Assembly (NCBI RefSeq): GCF_036321535.1
Contig: NC_087436.1
Location: 52,888,001-52,952,000, forward strand
Length of the DNA stretch: 64,000 nt
Reading direction: 5' to 3'
From: Camelus dromedarius
Taxonomy: Eukaryota
A program made the position numbers and the translations under genes. Below the pieces are notes generated by a model. That model had not been told where the DNA came from. It did no database searches and saw only the letters and a program-made list of their open reading frames with translations. Each line of letters starts with the position of its first letter. Positions within the stretch are counted from its first letter, which is position 1. Below are positions 22,201-37,200 of this stretch, in pieces.

Positions 22201-25200
22201 CAGGGGTAATGGGACTTGTCCAAATTTTCACTCTTTGGAGTCACAGAGTGTTTGGTATGAGTGAATGTGTACACATAGCCATTGTTAAGCAGAGCCTTTA
22301 TGCATGAAATTGTAGAAGGATTTTCACTATCATAATTGTTGAAAATCTAAAACAACTCTATGTATGATCTTGCTTTAGCATCTAGCTATTAGCATGGAGG
22401 ATGTCTAGAAAAACACTGAGAGATTGTGCTGAGAATGAAAGGGGATACAGAATATTATTTTTTAGATTTTTGGCCAGTGGGAACCCCCTTTAGGTTCACC
22501 CCTGAGTCCTATAGGCACATTCTCCATGGTCTTTAATAGTTACCTTGCTCTTCGGTATGACAGAAAGTTTCAGGTTCTTCTTGTACATCCCCTGTGCTAG
22601 ACCTGGAGTCAGCCATGTTTCCAATAAGCCCTGGTTTATTTTAATGGAAAATGGTGTTTCAGTATCACCATCTGGTACTAGGGATTCTGTGACTAAGATT
22701 GTTCATTGTCTCTGGGCCTTTTCAGTGTACAGACTACAGGATTTTTTTTTTTTTTAAGCTAAAAACTATCTTACAAGCTTATACTGGAAGTCTAGTTCAA
22801 GGTAAGCACTTTGGGGTGTTTAAACTTTTCTAGCTTATATTTCTTTTTCCTTCCACAATAGTAATCTTGGTTTTCAAGGCCATGGCAAATGATAGAATGT
22901 CTTGATTATTTATTTGCTTTATGCCACATCTTATGCATAATAGTTTCAGTGTAATATTACCAATACTACCCACTAATAAAATTACTGAAAACAGTTAAAT
23001 TTTCTTTGCATATGCTCTCTCCATTTCCCTCCCTATTTTAGCTTTTTCAAAATTTTGAAATACTTTCAAATTTACAGAGAAGTCACAAAAATAGTATAAA
23101 TGTCCCATGTACATATCATTCAGGCTTCCTATTTGATAAAATTTTACTGCATTTGCTTTATTATGCCCTACCTCTCTCTCCCTGCTATGTCCCCTCTCCC
23201 CAACATACACACACAATTTGTTCTTAACTGTGTTTTTTTCCTGAACCAAGTGAGATATAGACATCATGTTCTGTTACCCCTAAATAATTCAACGTATGTT
23301 TTTAAAGACAAAAACACCCTTGAATAACCACAGCATAAGCATCAAATTTATGAAATTAATGCATGTACCTCATTCAAGTTCTGCCAGTTCCCCCAATTAT
23401 GTTTTTGATAGCAAAAAGGATGCATGTGGCATTATATTTGGCATGTTTTGTTCTCTAGGTATCATCTTTTTTCTTTCTTGATTTTGGCACTTTTGATGAG
23501 TCCAGACCAGCTATTTTATAGAATTTCCCTTAATTTGGGTTTGGCTGACATTTCCTCATATGAATTTTTGGCAAGCATACTGTAGATGTGATGTTGTGTT
23601 CTTAGTGTAATATCAGGAGACACATTATGTTGATTTGGTCCTTACTGGTGTGGTTAAGTTTGTTCAGTTGGTGAATTTGGTGATTAACAGGTTTCTCCAC
23701 TCTAAACTTACTTTTTTTCCCTTTTGTAGTTAATAAATATTTTTGGGGAAAATACTTCGAAACTGTTAATGTCCTTTTCCACAACAAACTTCTAACAACT
23801 CCTTTTAGCATTTGTTGGTGATTCTTTTCAGAATAAATTTCTGATGGTTGCCGAATGTTGGTTTTTGTGGGTCAGTATTCTTAGGTGTGTGACTTGCCCT
23901 TTCATTATATAGTTTCTGATTTTATATCAGAAAAGTTTTCTCCAATTGTTGTTATATTGGTTTTATTTCCCTTATTTATCTTCTTTAAGACTCATATGTA
24001 TGTTGGATCTTCTTTAACTATCTTCAGTATTTGCCTTTTTCTTTCTGATTTATCTTCTTCATGTTTTAATTAAAATTTTTTCCCTTTTTATATTCTCTTT
24101 CATTTATACAGTGTTATCTGTTGTGTTTATTAAGTCTTTGTTTCTTCTAGTTTAGTTTTCTTTTTTGAATTGGTTTTCCCTTTTATTTTTTTCCCGTAGT
24201 TTTATCACCTGAGCTCTAGATAGATAATTTTGGGGGTTGTTTTAATTCTAATTTATGTTGTTCTTTTGTATGGTGTGTAATTTTTAAGTCTGTTCAGTTT
24301 GTCTTGAAATAGTAGGTTATAGTGTTTTCCTGTTCTGTCGACAGGTCTTTGTAGTGTGCTTTCATTGTGTTCTGATGTTTATTCCTAGTCTCTTTTTTCT
24401 TATATAACTTTGTATCAGATATCACTTCTATCATTTTCTTTTACTTATTATTATGTGAAGTTAGCCTTTCTAAATACATGGAGATCTTCTCCAGTTTCTG
24501 TGTAATGTTTGAAAATATGTCACCTTGCTATATATAAGATTTCCTCACTCTTTTCTCCTTCCCTACTTTATCTGGAGTTTCTCTTTTCATTTTTTTTCTA
24601 TTGCCATATCCTCTTCAGACTGGATCCTGTTCCCAGCAGTTTCTCCTAGGTTTGGCTTTGTTCTGCAAGAGAGCTTTGACTGATTAGTTTTGAGAATTGT
24701 AGTGACTGGGGTAGTCTATGCCCCTAATAGTTTATTGTGGACCGTTTCACTCACATGCTATTGTAGTGACCAAAACCCTCACCTTTCTCAGTTTTGCCTG
24801 CTGAGCTTCGCAGAGTCCCTGTTGGCTATTTTGGAGTTCTTTTGTTCTGTGGGCTGGTAAAATGCCCTGTTACTGTTCTCTGCTTCTTCCCACACAGATG
24901 ATAATACCTACATAGATCTTGTAACTATTGATGGTTTGTCCCTACCTTCTTGTATTTGGAGACTTTGTACATGAGGTTTTTATTTTGCTATCTAATTGCT
25001 CTGATTTTCTGAGACAATTTGAAGAGATTTAAAATTCAAACTGCTGTCTTCCTAGAATTTCCACACAATTTTTCATGTTAAAAAGTGGTGAACCACTACA
25101 CCCTAGACTATGCTAGCTTCTGCTCTCAACATTAACGTGATTGCATTCAATGTGAGCTACACTATAGTTAAAAATTTTATGTTATGCTTATCTTTTTAAT

Positions 25201-28200
25201 AACTAATAGATTGCTGTCTAATTAAGAGCCTTTCTGTATTATCTACAACTAGATTGTTATAAAAACCAAATTTCTTATGTCTTAGGTGACCTCTTGAATG
25301 CATTAACTAGGAAATGGTAGAGAGTTATAAAGAATAAATATCTGTATGTTTGCAAGTTGGCCAATGACACTGCTGGATCTTTTAAAATACATAGGTATGA
25401 CAGCTTTATTGAGATAAAATTCACATACCGTACAATTCATTCATTTAAAATGTACCATTCAGTGGGTTCACATTGTTGTGCAACCATTACAACAATTAAT
25501 TTTAGAACATTACAGAAAGAAACCTTATACTCACTAGGAATCACTCCTCATTTTCCCCCAATTCCATTCTTCCCTCCCCACTAGCCTTTGGCAACATCTG
25601 ATCATTCTGTCTCTGTAGATTTACTTATTCTATACATTTTGTATAAATGGAATCATAATATGTGGTCTTTTTGTGACGGACTTTTTTTACTTAGCATGTT
25701 TTCAGGGTTCATCTATGTTGTAATGTATATCAGTACTTCATTTTTTTAAATTGTCAAATAACATTCCACTGTATGGACATATTTATTCATCAGTTGATGG
25801 GCATTTCGATTTTTTCCACTTTTGTTCTATTATGAACAATATTGTTACGAACATTTGTGAACCATTTTTCATATACATGTATGTTTTTGTTTCTCTTGGG
25901 TTTATACCCAGGGATAGGATTGTTGGGTCAAATGGTAACTGTATGTTTAATCTTTTAAAGAACTACCAGATGATATTTCAAAGTAGGCACACTATTTTAC
26001 ACTACCACCAGCAATGTATGAGAGTTCCAGTTTTTCCACATCCTATTCAACACTTGTAATTGTTCATCTTGCTGATTATAGTATCCTAGTGGGTGTAAAG
26101 TGATACCTCATTGTAGTTTTGGTTTTCATTTGCCTGATGGCTATTGTTGTTAGGCAACTTTTCATGTACTTATTGGTCACTTGTGTATCTATTTTGGAGA
26201 ATATCTGTTTAGATCCTTTGCCCAATTTTTTAAAGTTGAGTTTTTGGTCCTTTTATTATTGAATTGTAAGATTTCTTTATATAGTATGGATATATGTCTC
26301 TTTCAGATATATACATGATTTTGTAAATATTTTTTCCCATTCTGGGGATTGTCTTTTTACTTCATTGATTTTCTTTGAAGGGTGAAGGTTTTTAATTTTG
26401 ATGAGGTCAACTTCTTTTTTTTTTTTCTTTTGCCACTTTTTTTTATCGTATCTAAGAATTTTTGCCTAAATTAAGGTCATAAATATTTACTCCCGTATTT
26501 ACTTCTAAGAGTTTTATAGTGTTAGTTCTTACATTTAGGTATGTGATCTATCTTGAGCTAATTTTTGTGTATGATGTGAAGAAGAGGTCTGAATTCATTG
26601 TTTGCATATGGATATCCAGTTGTCCCAGCACCATTTGTTGACCCACTATCTTTTTCTATGGCATTCTGCATTTCACCATAATATGACAAACAAAAGTATG
26701 TCATAAGTAATTGGATGATAGTAATGTTGAGTTATTGACATTAAATGTCTTAATATTCTACTTGCAAGTGGTGATTAGTGGTCTGTAAATAGTTAAGTAC
26801 ATAAGGGAATGCTTACTATTTAAATAGACTCTATGGTGCATCTTTTTGGAATACACAGTTCTTAATTTGTCAGTTTTATAACTTTCTTCTCAAGATCATG
26901 TTTATGTACCTTGATGTAAACAGGCAGAGTATGCTTTCTGTATCTTTTTACAGCACTATTGGAAATAATTATGAAAAATGGAAGCACTGCTGGGAACAGC
27001 CCTCATTGCCGAAAATCGTCAGGTAGTGGTGATCAAAGCAAGCCTAACTGCACAAAGGACCCCTCATCTGGGAGCGGTGAAAGTGGAAAAGGCTACACCA
27101 AAGACCAAGTAGAAGGAGTTCTCAGGTAGGAATAAACGTGACTTGTGTGTCAATTATAGTTGATACTACTGTAATTTTAATGTCCTAACATCTAAAAAAA
27201 GTGTTTGAATTATAATTCAATAGAACAGACATCAAGGAATTGAACTCCAGGTGTCTTATGCTATATATCCTTTATAAAATCAGTCTGTAAAGTATCAACT
27301 CTCTGGGAGATTCCATCTTTTAAAGTAACTATGAGTCACAAAGCTACTTACAGAAAAAAAATTTTTGAGGAAAATTATTTCAATTTTTGACACTGTACTA
27401 TTAAATAACAATATTAAAAGAGGATGAAGAATTGTTTTATATATGTATGAAGGCAGGAGAATTTCATATGAGGAGAACTGAGGGCAGTTGCAACAGCATT
27501 TTCAATTTCCTGCTTATATTAAGGAAGGATAGTGGTTTTTTTCATATTTATGTTCTTTTTTTTAAGACTAACCTTTATATATATGCAAATACTATAATGC
27601 CTTCTCCTTTTAATATTTTTCTTAACTCTGGTTATTTTGTCTTAGTGTTTTAGTTTTACTTCATGATACGCTTCTACTGAAAGCAGAAGAATTAGGTAGA
27701 ATTGGAAAATTATGAACTGGATTTTGCTTTATTAGTTTTATAATTAAGAAGATTTTCTGGAAAGAAAATGTACCTTTGAGTATGAAACATTAGAGGAAAT
27801 ACTGTTTTTGTTTCCTGCTTAAGGAAGCTGTATTGATGTTGTACTGAAATTACTTAGGGAAACCAAAATGTAAGGATGAAGGACTCTGAACAGAGAGTAA
27901 TCAGATAATTCAACATGGAGAGTAAATTATAGTACAATGGCCTAGCTTAAATGAAGAGTAGGTAAAGCTAGTTAGATTGTTTTTTTCTTTTGCCCTTTCC
28001 TGTTTCTCTTTTAATCTTTCTTTTTTCACCCTTTTTTCTTCATTTTTACTTTTTAGTTTATTCTTTCTTTTTTACTCACCAGAATTTAGAATTGAAGTCA
28101 TTTTTAAATCAAATATCAGTGTATTCATATTTTGCTTTTCTTCCTATATATTTAGATGCTAAAACTTGATTGTAACATTTTGTCTGTGTGTGACCACAAT

Positions 28201-31200
28201 AAGAAACAAAGACTCCCCTTCATTGTAAAGTCATGGTAAACGGTATTTGGTTAGCGTGAATGGTAGAGAAGTGCTTTGAGAATATAAATAATGTTGCTAA
28301 CTACTTTTATAATTGTAGTATTGTGTCAGAGGTGACTGAATAAGTGAGAGACTGGCTTTTGAATTTCTTTAAGAAAAAGATTTAATTAAATAAACAGTGT
28401 GCTGAAATGTATTCCAGGAAACTACATCCCTCTGAAAACAAATTGTATATTCTTATGGAAATTACTCTTTATTAGGAGAACATGTTCTCAATGAAAAGAC
28501 CTAAAAAAGTTAAATGCGTTATATGTGATTTTTATTTAGAATCTTTTTGTGATTTTTTTCATAAGCACTACAGAATCACCTGTATATTTGAAAATATCAC
28601 CCCCTCCCAAAAAAAAGTAGTTGAAACTGTGGAGAATAGGAAGCTCCTAAATCTGGTGTTATTTTTTTTTTAAATCTTTTTTCTCCGTTTCTTCTACCCT
28701 AGGCTTGAAAGGAAAAGAGGAGTACTCAAAGTATGGTAGAAATAAGGGAAGAAGAGCAGTGCTTTGCTTTGCCCTCTCTTTGTTTTAGTATTTGGGCAGG
28801 GGGACATTTTGAGAATGGAAGAATGAAAGGTCGTGGTGGGTGCAGATCCACTTTGTATATGGCCAAAATTGGACAGATGGAAATACAATGTTGAGGGAGT
28901 TCCTGTCGGTTGGGTCCATGTTCTCTGTGAAATTGCAGATGAGGTTATCCTCTGAGAGTCAGAAGAAATGAGATGAAATTGAAAGCTTGAGAAGAATGGT
29001 GAAAGTATGAGACGGAAAAGGCAGAGGAAATGGGAGGATTGCTGGTTAGCACTGAGGACCTAAGTAGGTTTGAGACTGAATTCTTACTGAGTGCAAGTAT
29101 GAGCTTAGTAGTTTACCTGTATTAGATGTTGTTTCTCTGGTCAATAGTTTCAGCATACCTTTTTTATTAAATAAATGCAGTTTTTTTCCCTTGGGGGATT
29201 AATATGATCAGAGCATTCTTTAATAGAATCCCAAAGTTACTCAAAAGACTTCAGTTGGTACCTTATATAAGAATCGCTTAGCTGAATCATGTAACACTTT
29301 TTCATTGTATTAGCCTTCAGAATAAGTGTTGCTTTAGTGAGGGAGCAGATCACCAGCAGACACTTACGTGCTGTATGTTTTTTTTGTTTGTTTGTTTTAC
29401 CTGTACACAGGGGATTTTTCTGAAGAAAGCCATGTTATCTTGTTGGTTAGCACTATTATGCAAACAAGTTGCTCAGTGACAGTTTGGCTCAATGGGAGAA
29501 GCCATGCAATAATACTGCATCCATTGCATAAGTAAGACTGAAGCTTACAGTAAGACTGAAGAAAAAGTGTGTAACTTTGTTTGTAAAACTCATTCTGTGA
29601 AACTAAGCACTGTTTGTTGTCTTTGAGTTGAGATATATTGAAAAAATACAGAGCAAAAGGTGTCATGGATCTAATTTGAAGAGGTTTTTAATATCTTACT
29701 GAAACAAAGCCCAACTTACATTTTAAAAATTTGTAAGATCAGTGTGAAATCATTAACTGGGACATCATTATATTTATCAGTTAGGAACACTTCTCTATAA
29801 CTGGTAACTTATTTGAATTATGAGGATTTCATTAGGATATGATTTTAACTATAGTTCTTTAAATGAAAAGAAAGCAAATCATTTTGCTAAACTTATGAAA
29901 TAATAATCCTTTGTCTCAGGAATAAATAATTATTTCCCTAAACACCAAATTGAATTTGGAATTAACTTAAAAGTCATCTATAACACATGAAAAAAAAAGA
30001 ATTGAAAGGGCCCCCCCCCCCGCTATGCACGCACTTAAAGGAAGACATAAAAGTTGAACTAGACATACTTCTCCTTTGTTGAATTCCCAGGCAAATCTTT
30101 CTTGCCTTTTTGTACAACCTTTCCTTCCAGTGCAGGTAGTGAGTTATCTCTTTTTAATTTATTATCCTTTTTCTTTTCTTTTCTTTCCTTTTCTTTTCTT
30201 TTCCCTTCCTTTTTTCTTTTTTTTTTTTTTAATATAATTTTTTGGTGAGGATGGAGAAGAAGGTTTGAATCTTTCAGTAAAGAGTGAATTAAAAAAATGT
30301 GACAAATGCATTTAGCTGATGAAGAGAAGTATGATGAGTATACGGATTAAAATTAATATGTGAATGGTAATTTCTCATTCAGATGTGAAAAATTAGGTAA
30401 ATGAGTATATTTGTAACATTACGTGAAATATGCGGTCTACAGCTTGTCCATTGGTGATGTCGACTTTTTGCCTCTCTCCTGACTTCTCAAAGGATTTCTC
30501 CTCTAATATATGATGAAAAATTCAGTGCAGTGAAGATACAGTAGAGCTAGATACAGCTAAGAATTAGTGAAATAACTGTTTTTCCTACCTTTTTTCTCTT
30601 TGTAACAATTCTTAGCTTTATGATTCATCTTTAGAAGATTGTGAATTCCAACCTAATTTCCCTACACTATCCGGCAGCCCTCTCCTGGGCTACCTTTTTC
30701 TGTTGCCTAGGCTTTTGTGCTCAGGAAATATCAACGAAACAATTTTAGAGGATTAATCTGGTACATAAGTAAACATTGTATGCATTCAAACCAAATAGTA
30801 TAATGATTTTAGGATTATTTAGTATTTTGTGTATTACTGACTTTTGGTTTTTGCACTCAGGTAGTATCTGTTAGACAGTATTCTTAGCTCTATTCCTTGT
30901 CCCACAGTTTTATGCTCTATTCCAAATTGATTTTTGGTGGCAGTTACATTTTTCTTACAGCACTTATTACCTTTTGTCCAAAAATGACTTGAATCTTCAC
31001 CATTTTTGCCCTCAAACTGAGCCAGTCATCCATCCATTCATCCGTCCATCCATTCAATACATACGGTGAGCAGGACTCAATGCCTGCTTTCAAGTGGCCT
31101 GATAGTCTGCAAGAGTAGTCAGACAAGTAAGCGGCTGCAGCGCATTGTGGTGATTTCTGGGACAGGGCTACTTTCAGATAGCTTTGGGAGAATATAAGAG

Positions 31201-34200
31201 GGTCACTGAACTTAATCTTGAGGAATCTGAGTTTTTGAGAAAGGAAGACCTAAGCTGAGGTCTGAAGAAATTGTATAAACTAAGCAAGAAGAGAGTCAGA
31301 GAAAGCATGTTCTGCGTACCAAAACCAACAGTCTGTTTAAATACTGATTAGAAAAGCAAACAGAAGGAAGCGGACAGTTGCTCTGGAATCTGGGTGGGTT
31401 CCTTTTCTTTATTCTGATTTGGAGACAGCAGCATTTTCAAGTCAGACAAACTGAGGTTTGAACCTTCACTTGTGAAGCATCTCCTAATAGCCCTATTTAA
31501 AATAGGAGGCCTCTCTTTCCATTCGCTGTTTCCCTTTGCCACTTCATTTTTCTCCAAATATTTATCACTGTATGATATGCTTTGTATTTTACTTGTATAT
31601 TTGTTCATTGCTTGTCTCTCTCCCAATTGTAAATGTAGTGTGAACAGGGATTTTTTTTGACCGTTTTATTCACCACTTTAGTATCAGAAACAGCATCTGG
31701 CAAAAAGATGTTCAGTAAATTTTTGTTGAAGAAATAAATCTTGGTTCCTATGGCTTTTGGCAATTTACATAATCACTCGAAGCCTTGATTTCCTCTTTGG
31801 TTACATGGGGATAATATCTACATAAAGGAGTAAATGAGATAGTTTGTGTGAAATAGTCAGCATAAGTGTCTACAACTCTTCATATGAAATTTTTGTGGCC
31901 CAGATGTAGTTTGGAACTCAGAATTCTTCATATTTCAGAAGAGGAATAAGGAGCATATATTATGTGTGACATAATGTCTTAGCAGAGTCTGGTAAGCAGC
32001 CCGTAACAAGTAGTCACATATCTGCAGCAGAAGGTACACATACTCACACTTGAATGTGGTAAATGAAGATTCTGTAGCAGCTTCACATATGTTCAGGTCA
32101 AATTTTGCCTCTGAAGATTTTCAAACAGGTTTTTTAAGTGAAATTAGTTATAGAATAACTTTCATTTTTCAGAACTTTATGGATAGTGAAACATGGATAT
32201 AGGATTGTGGACATGTGCCGGACACACAGTAGGTGTTCTGTAAATGTCCCTCTTCCCTTTTTTCCTGTCTTATAGTTTCTTAACATTTCAGGAGAATGAG
32301 GCTACAAAGGCAGTGATCATTCCCTCTTTCATTCACTAGTAGATCTCAGGTGCCTTGGGACATAGTTGGTGCCCAGTAAATAGTATTGACTAATTAAATG
32401 TTGTGTTGTGTTTATGAAATAAAATTGACTTGTGTTAGTATTTATTAAGTATCTAAAGTAGAAAAATCTGATTTTAATTATTATTGCTATGAAGAAGACT
32501 GCATAACAGATTTTTGTTGATGTGACTATAAAAAAAATTCTTTAATCTTAACAATGTGTTCTCTTGTTTTTCCTGTACATATAACAAATGATGAATGCTT
32601 TCATTATGAAAGAGAGCTAAGGTTCATTTATTCCATAAATATTTACTGAGAATCTATTAAGTACAAGGCACTGTGATGGCTAATAGGCTTAGTAGTAAAA
32701 AAAGCTGAATCTTGTCTCTTTTCTTTGAAAACTTCAAGTCAGCCTTTGCAGTTCTTTAACTGTCAGTGAACAATTGTGCCTCAGATCCTTTTTCCTCTTA
32801 CTACCTCTATCATCAAGCCACTCAAATGGAACACATCTAAAGTCATAAAGAACTAGACAAAAAAAAAAAATATTTAAAATGCACCTGGATTTTAGTGAAG
32901 GAAAATTATTAGGTCATGGGAAAATGTTTGTATCCAAAAGAATTAACGTTCTCTGCACCATTCAAAGTATTTCTTTTCCTTACATACTTCAAAGACTCAG
33001 GGCTTAAATGTTACATCTTTAGGGTTATAAACTATATGAGTAATCTTTAAGAGTATGTTCATCATAATGAAAATCTGTAACAAATAATTTTGAGTCCCAT
33101 GATGTATTTTGTTATGAGATTTTATCTTTCAGAGAATGACACAAATTAATTCTTTTTAGCATTGCCTAACTGGATTAACTTGCCTTGACATTTAAGCCAT
33201 AGGGTACTGTAATTGTTTTACATGTACTAACCTGTTGCTTTGATATTTGGCTAGGCTTACGTTATGCAACAACAAAACTCTTGGAATGCAACGCATATTA
33301 ATCCTTAGCTGCAACATACTTGTGAGGAGTTTGGGAGTTTTTTAATGTGCTTAAGAGTCCTATAAAATTACTGTTACTCTCTCATTTTAGTTACAGTGTG
33401 TTCTCTGTCCTTTACCCACAATTGTTATGAGCTTTGCTTTGCCTCTCTGTAGTTGTGATAAATTGCACCAAGGACATTCTCATGGCTAATTCTTGGACTG
33501 AGAGAGGGTGGAAGAATGGTCTGTGGTTGAAAAAGAGAATGAGGCAATAACCCTTAACAGATAAACTATTATTTGATATTGAGAAAACAATCCACAGACG
33601 GTTCTTTATGTTATTCTAATAAATGAAAATTGCAGATATTACTCGAAGTTCTTCCTTGAAACGTACATTATAATGTAACACTCTCTTGTTTACAGCATAA
33701 ACAAATGTAAAAATTACTATGAAGTACTTGGAGTTACCAAAGATGCTGGTGATGAAGATTTGAAAAAAGCTTATAGAAAGCTTGCTTTGAAGTTTCATCC
33801 AGACAAAAACCATGCACCTGGAGCAACAGATGCTTTTAAAAGTAAAGTAAACCTTTTAAAGCAATTTTCTAAGCTCTTTTTAGAATCTACTTTACAATGT
33901 TTAAGAATAGTAAAATCTGCCTATAGACTGGTACATTTAGAAGCCAGCATAAGCAAGGGTCCTCAAAATTCTTTAAAGCTTCACTGTTAACTTGTTATAC
34001 CAAGAGCCAAACAAATGCTGTTTGGGTTCACAAAAGCAGCATGTCAGTTTTGGCAAAGTTCTAAATAGATTGTCTAGATACCCGAGCATCATGCTTTCTA
34101 GTTTACCTCAGCCAAGCATTCTTTCTAGTTTACCATACATACGTAGTGTGATGACTATGCATGAGCTTTTAATGTATTACCAGCTGGTTCTAAAAGAACT

Positions 34201-37200
34201 AAAAGCAAAATATACTTTCTGTGAGTTTTTAAGATATTAGAGATTGTCTAGAATTGGAAAATCACTTGGAATCACTATCTGTCCAGTGTTTTTATTTTTA
34301 TTAACTGTAGCCAATTTTTGCACTTTTTAAATGTAGTTCTAACTAATGTGATTTTTTTTCCTAAGAAATGTTTCTTTCCTCTTGGCTGCTTTTCATGTTT
34401 CTTTGTTTTCTTTCTTATTGTTTCAGCTTTTTTGAAAATTTACTAAATAGGTGTCAGAGAACTGATTTTATAATTTCATGTTACACATAATTTATTCATA
34501 ATAGTTAACTTCTGATTCATAGGAAAATGCTTAAATTTGTGATTGTTCTTGTGAATTTGGCATTCATAGAGCCACTGTATGATATTTACAGTGAAATGCT
34601 GAGGTTTTGTAATAACAGGAAAGAGATACTCATTTTTTAAATTTTCCTAAGAGACAGATGACTCAATTAGTCTTTCATAAATATACTGTTAAAATTGTTT
34701 CCAAAACAGTTTTATTTCTTAAAGGAAGTTACCAGGCAAAATACATTTGGGGATTATTAATATATTCCAATAAAAACAGCTGTCAAAGTGATGCTGATGA
34801 AATTAAAATGTAACTGTGACGGTGAGAGCCTTCTCTGTTTGCTTCCTTAAATTAAAAGTATTTTGCATGTTGAAAGTACAGGAAAAGCTTCTTTGCTCAA
34901 AAACACTAACTTTAGCACATATTCCCCCCAAAGTTAAAAAACTTTTTTCACATTATGAATTAAAGTCATTTAATTTAATTTTTTTTGTTTTTATAAAAAC
35001 ATTTGGCAATGAGTTATTTTCAAGTTTGTGATCTGTTAGATGATTTCAGTATTAATTGTTCATCAATGTTAAGAACAATAAACTGCCTCTTTCTTCCATT
35101 TCTGTACTGAAGTCATATTAGCATTATTGGTCTTGGAATAACAGTAAGTGGATCTACCGGTATTTTTACAGCTTATGTTGCATTTGGAAGAGGTGAGCCA
35201 CATAAATGTCACCCACACTCCCAGAGGTGTTTTACAAAGGTGATTTCACTTTGGTGTGATACATTTCAGAGTCTAATATTACAATTTGCAAAACTAGAAT
35301 CTTAGTATTTATCAACATAGTGGGTAGTGATTCATCTCTAGAGGGAAGGCTCACATTATTCAATACACAGGAGATTACCTCTATATCAGAATACCAGTTT
35401 ATTAATTCCCAAGAGGATCATAATAAGGAGGTGGTTGATGAACCCAGTTTTCATTGAGTGGAAACTATACAGCAAATCCAGATTGTAAGCCACAGATGCT
35501 TGGTGAGCAAAGGTAGTTAATTAGAAAATATTACTGCTAGTGTCATCACATGGAAATGGCAGGTTCCATTCATTCAGCATGCAAGATCTTTTCATTACCT
35601 TCTGAATCATCTTATTTTATTTTTAACCAATTGATCTTAACTTCTGTGTTTGAGATACCAAGCTGTTTATTCTAAGCAAAGACTATAGTTTTTTTGTTGT
35701 TGTTTGTATAAGAGGTAAGTATAGATTTACTGCTCTGTAATTGCCAAAAGACTTCTTACAGAAGATGGGAACCACTTGTTTTCTATTTCCTATAAGAACA
35801 AAAAGAGAGGAGGTTATTGGTTTAAGGAATTAAATTAGATAGAAGAGATATTTTCATTTGTGTCTTTTGTAAAGCTTCAAAAGCAACAGCTTACTATCAG
35901 AGAGGGTAGACTAAATTAACTCTTAAGTTTATGTGGCTCTTTGTTCTGTAGTTAGGTTTGTGAGTTTCTCAAAGAAGGGAATATTTTATTTACATCTAGA
36001 GAGTGACTTGCATAGTATATATAAACATACCTTAAAAAATTTTGAATGAAATGGATCCTTTTCCTTCTCTCTGATGTGGATATCTTCAAAACATACCCAG
36101 TCTACATCGTATTCAAAGACTCTCAAGTATTTCAGAGACTATTTGAATAGTACCCATGCCTGTTGAAATATATATGAATATAATAACAAGGGCCATGAAT
36201 TAACTGTTTATGTGTTTTCTTGATAAATAATGATGGATTGGATGCTATTGTCTGCACTCGGTCTGGTAGTTCAGTATTCTTAACATCTAGAATGAATCTC
36301 TAAGAACAAAGAGGGTTCTACCCTATGGGCTAGTTCTTGTAGACAAATATGTAAGAAAATATGAGATAACTTCTTACTCAAAGAATTTGTAATTTACAAA
36401 GTGGGGACAAGTCTTACATAGAACATTTGGAAAAATAGTAAAACCTAACACTTGACAAGCATTTTATATGTTTTCATTCCTGTTTTTTAAATTTAATGTG
36501 TATTAAAAATCTTGTGAAATAGTCAGGAACCAATTTCATCATTTCACAAATAAGAAAATTGATGTTCAGAGAGATTAACTGATTTACCTGGGATATCTCA
36601 GAAGATAGAATGTAGCTGAGTTCAGAACAAAGATGTCCAAAGAAAAGTCAGAAGGATAAAATAGAATTTTAATCAAACTAATTGGAGAAGCCTTCATATA
36701 ATAGGCAAGAATTAAGAGTTTTCTCAAGAGGGGTATGATTTTTATGGTTAGAGAAGACAGAAGATGGCAGAAACTTGGGTATGAGAATGAGAGAGGTGAT
36801 TTAAAAATCAGTGAGGACTTCCACTTTAAGGAAGATGGAAGAGATTTACTTTTCTCTGTTCCTCACATTCAAGTATAACTGAATATTAGATAAAATAAAG
36901 CAAACTTAAGAAAATGGAAAGGCAAAGGGAAGAAGGTAGACCAGCTAGGGACCGTGGGATCCAAAGAACAACATGGCAGTTGTTTGGGATTTCACTTTCC
37001 TTTTATCTCCTAGACTGGATTCTGGAGAAGCAGAACACCCGGAAATACCAATGAACGCAAACACTTCCCAAGAAAAGCCTGCTCTTTCTAGCCAAACAAC
37101 CAGGAAAAGGGCAACCTAGCAAGGCAAAACTTTTAAGCAGTAGCCATTCTACTCTACCCAAATAACACGAAAAAACTGGGGCCACACCTACACCCCCACC

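Noticed and set aside
34094..34134. 14-bp direct repeat CTTTCTAGTTTACC, and similar short duplications near 8722, 17071 and 29531
   Set aside because: Two copies only; typical slippage duplications, not an array or CRISPR-like structure.
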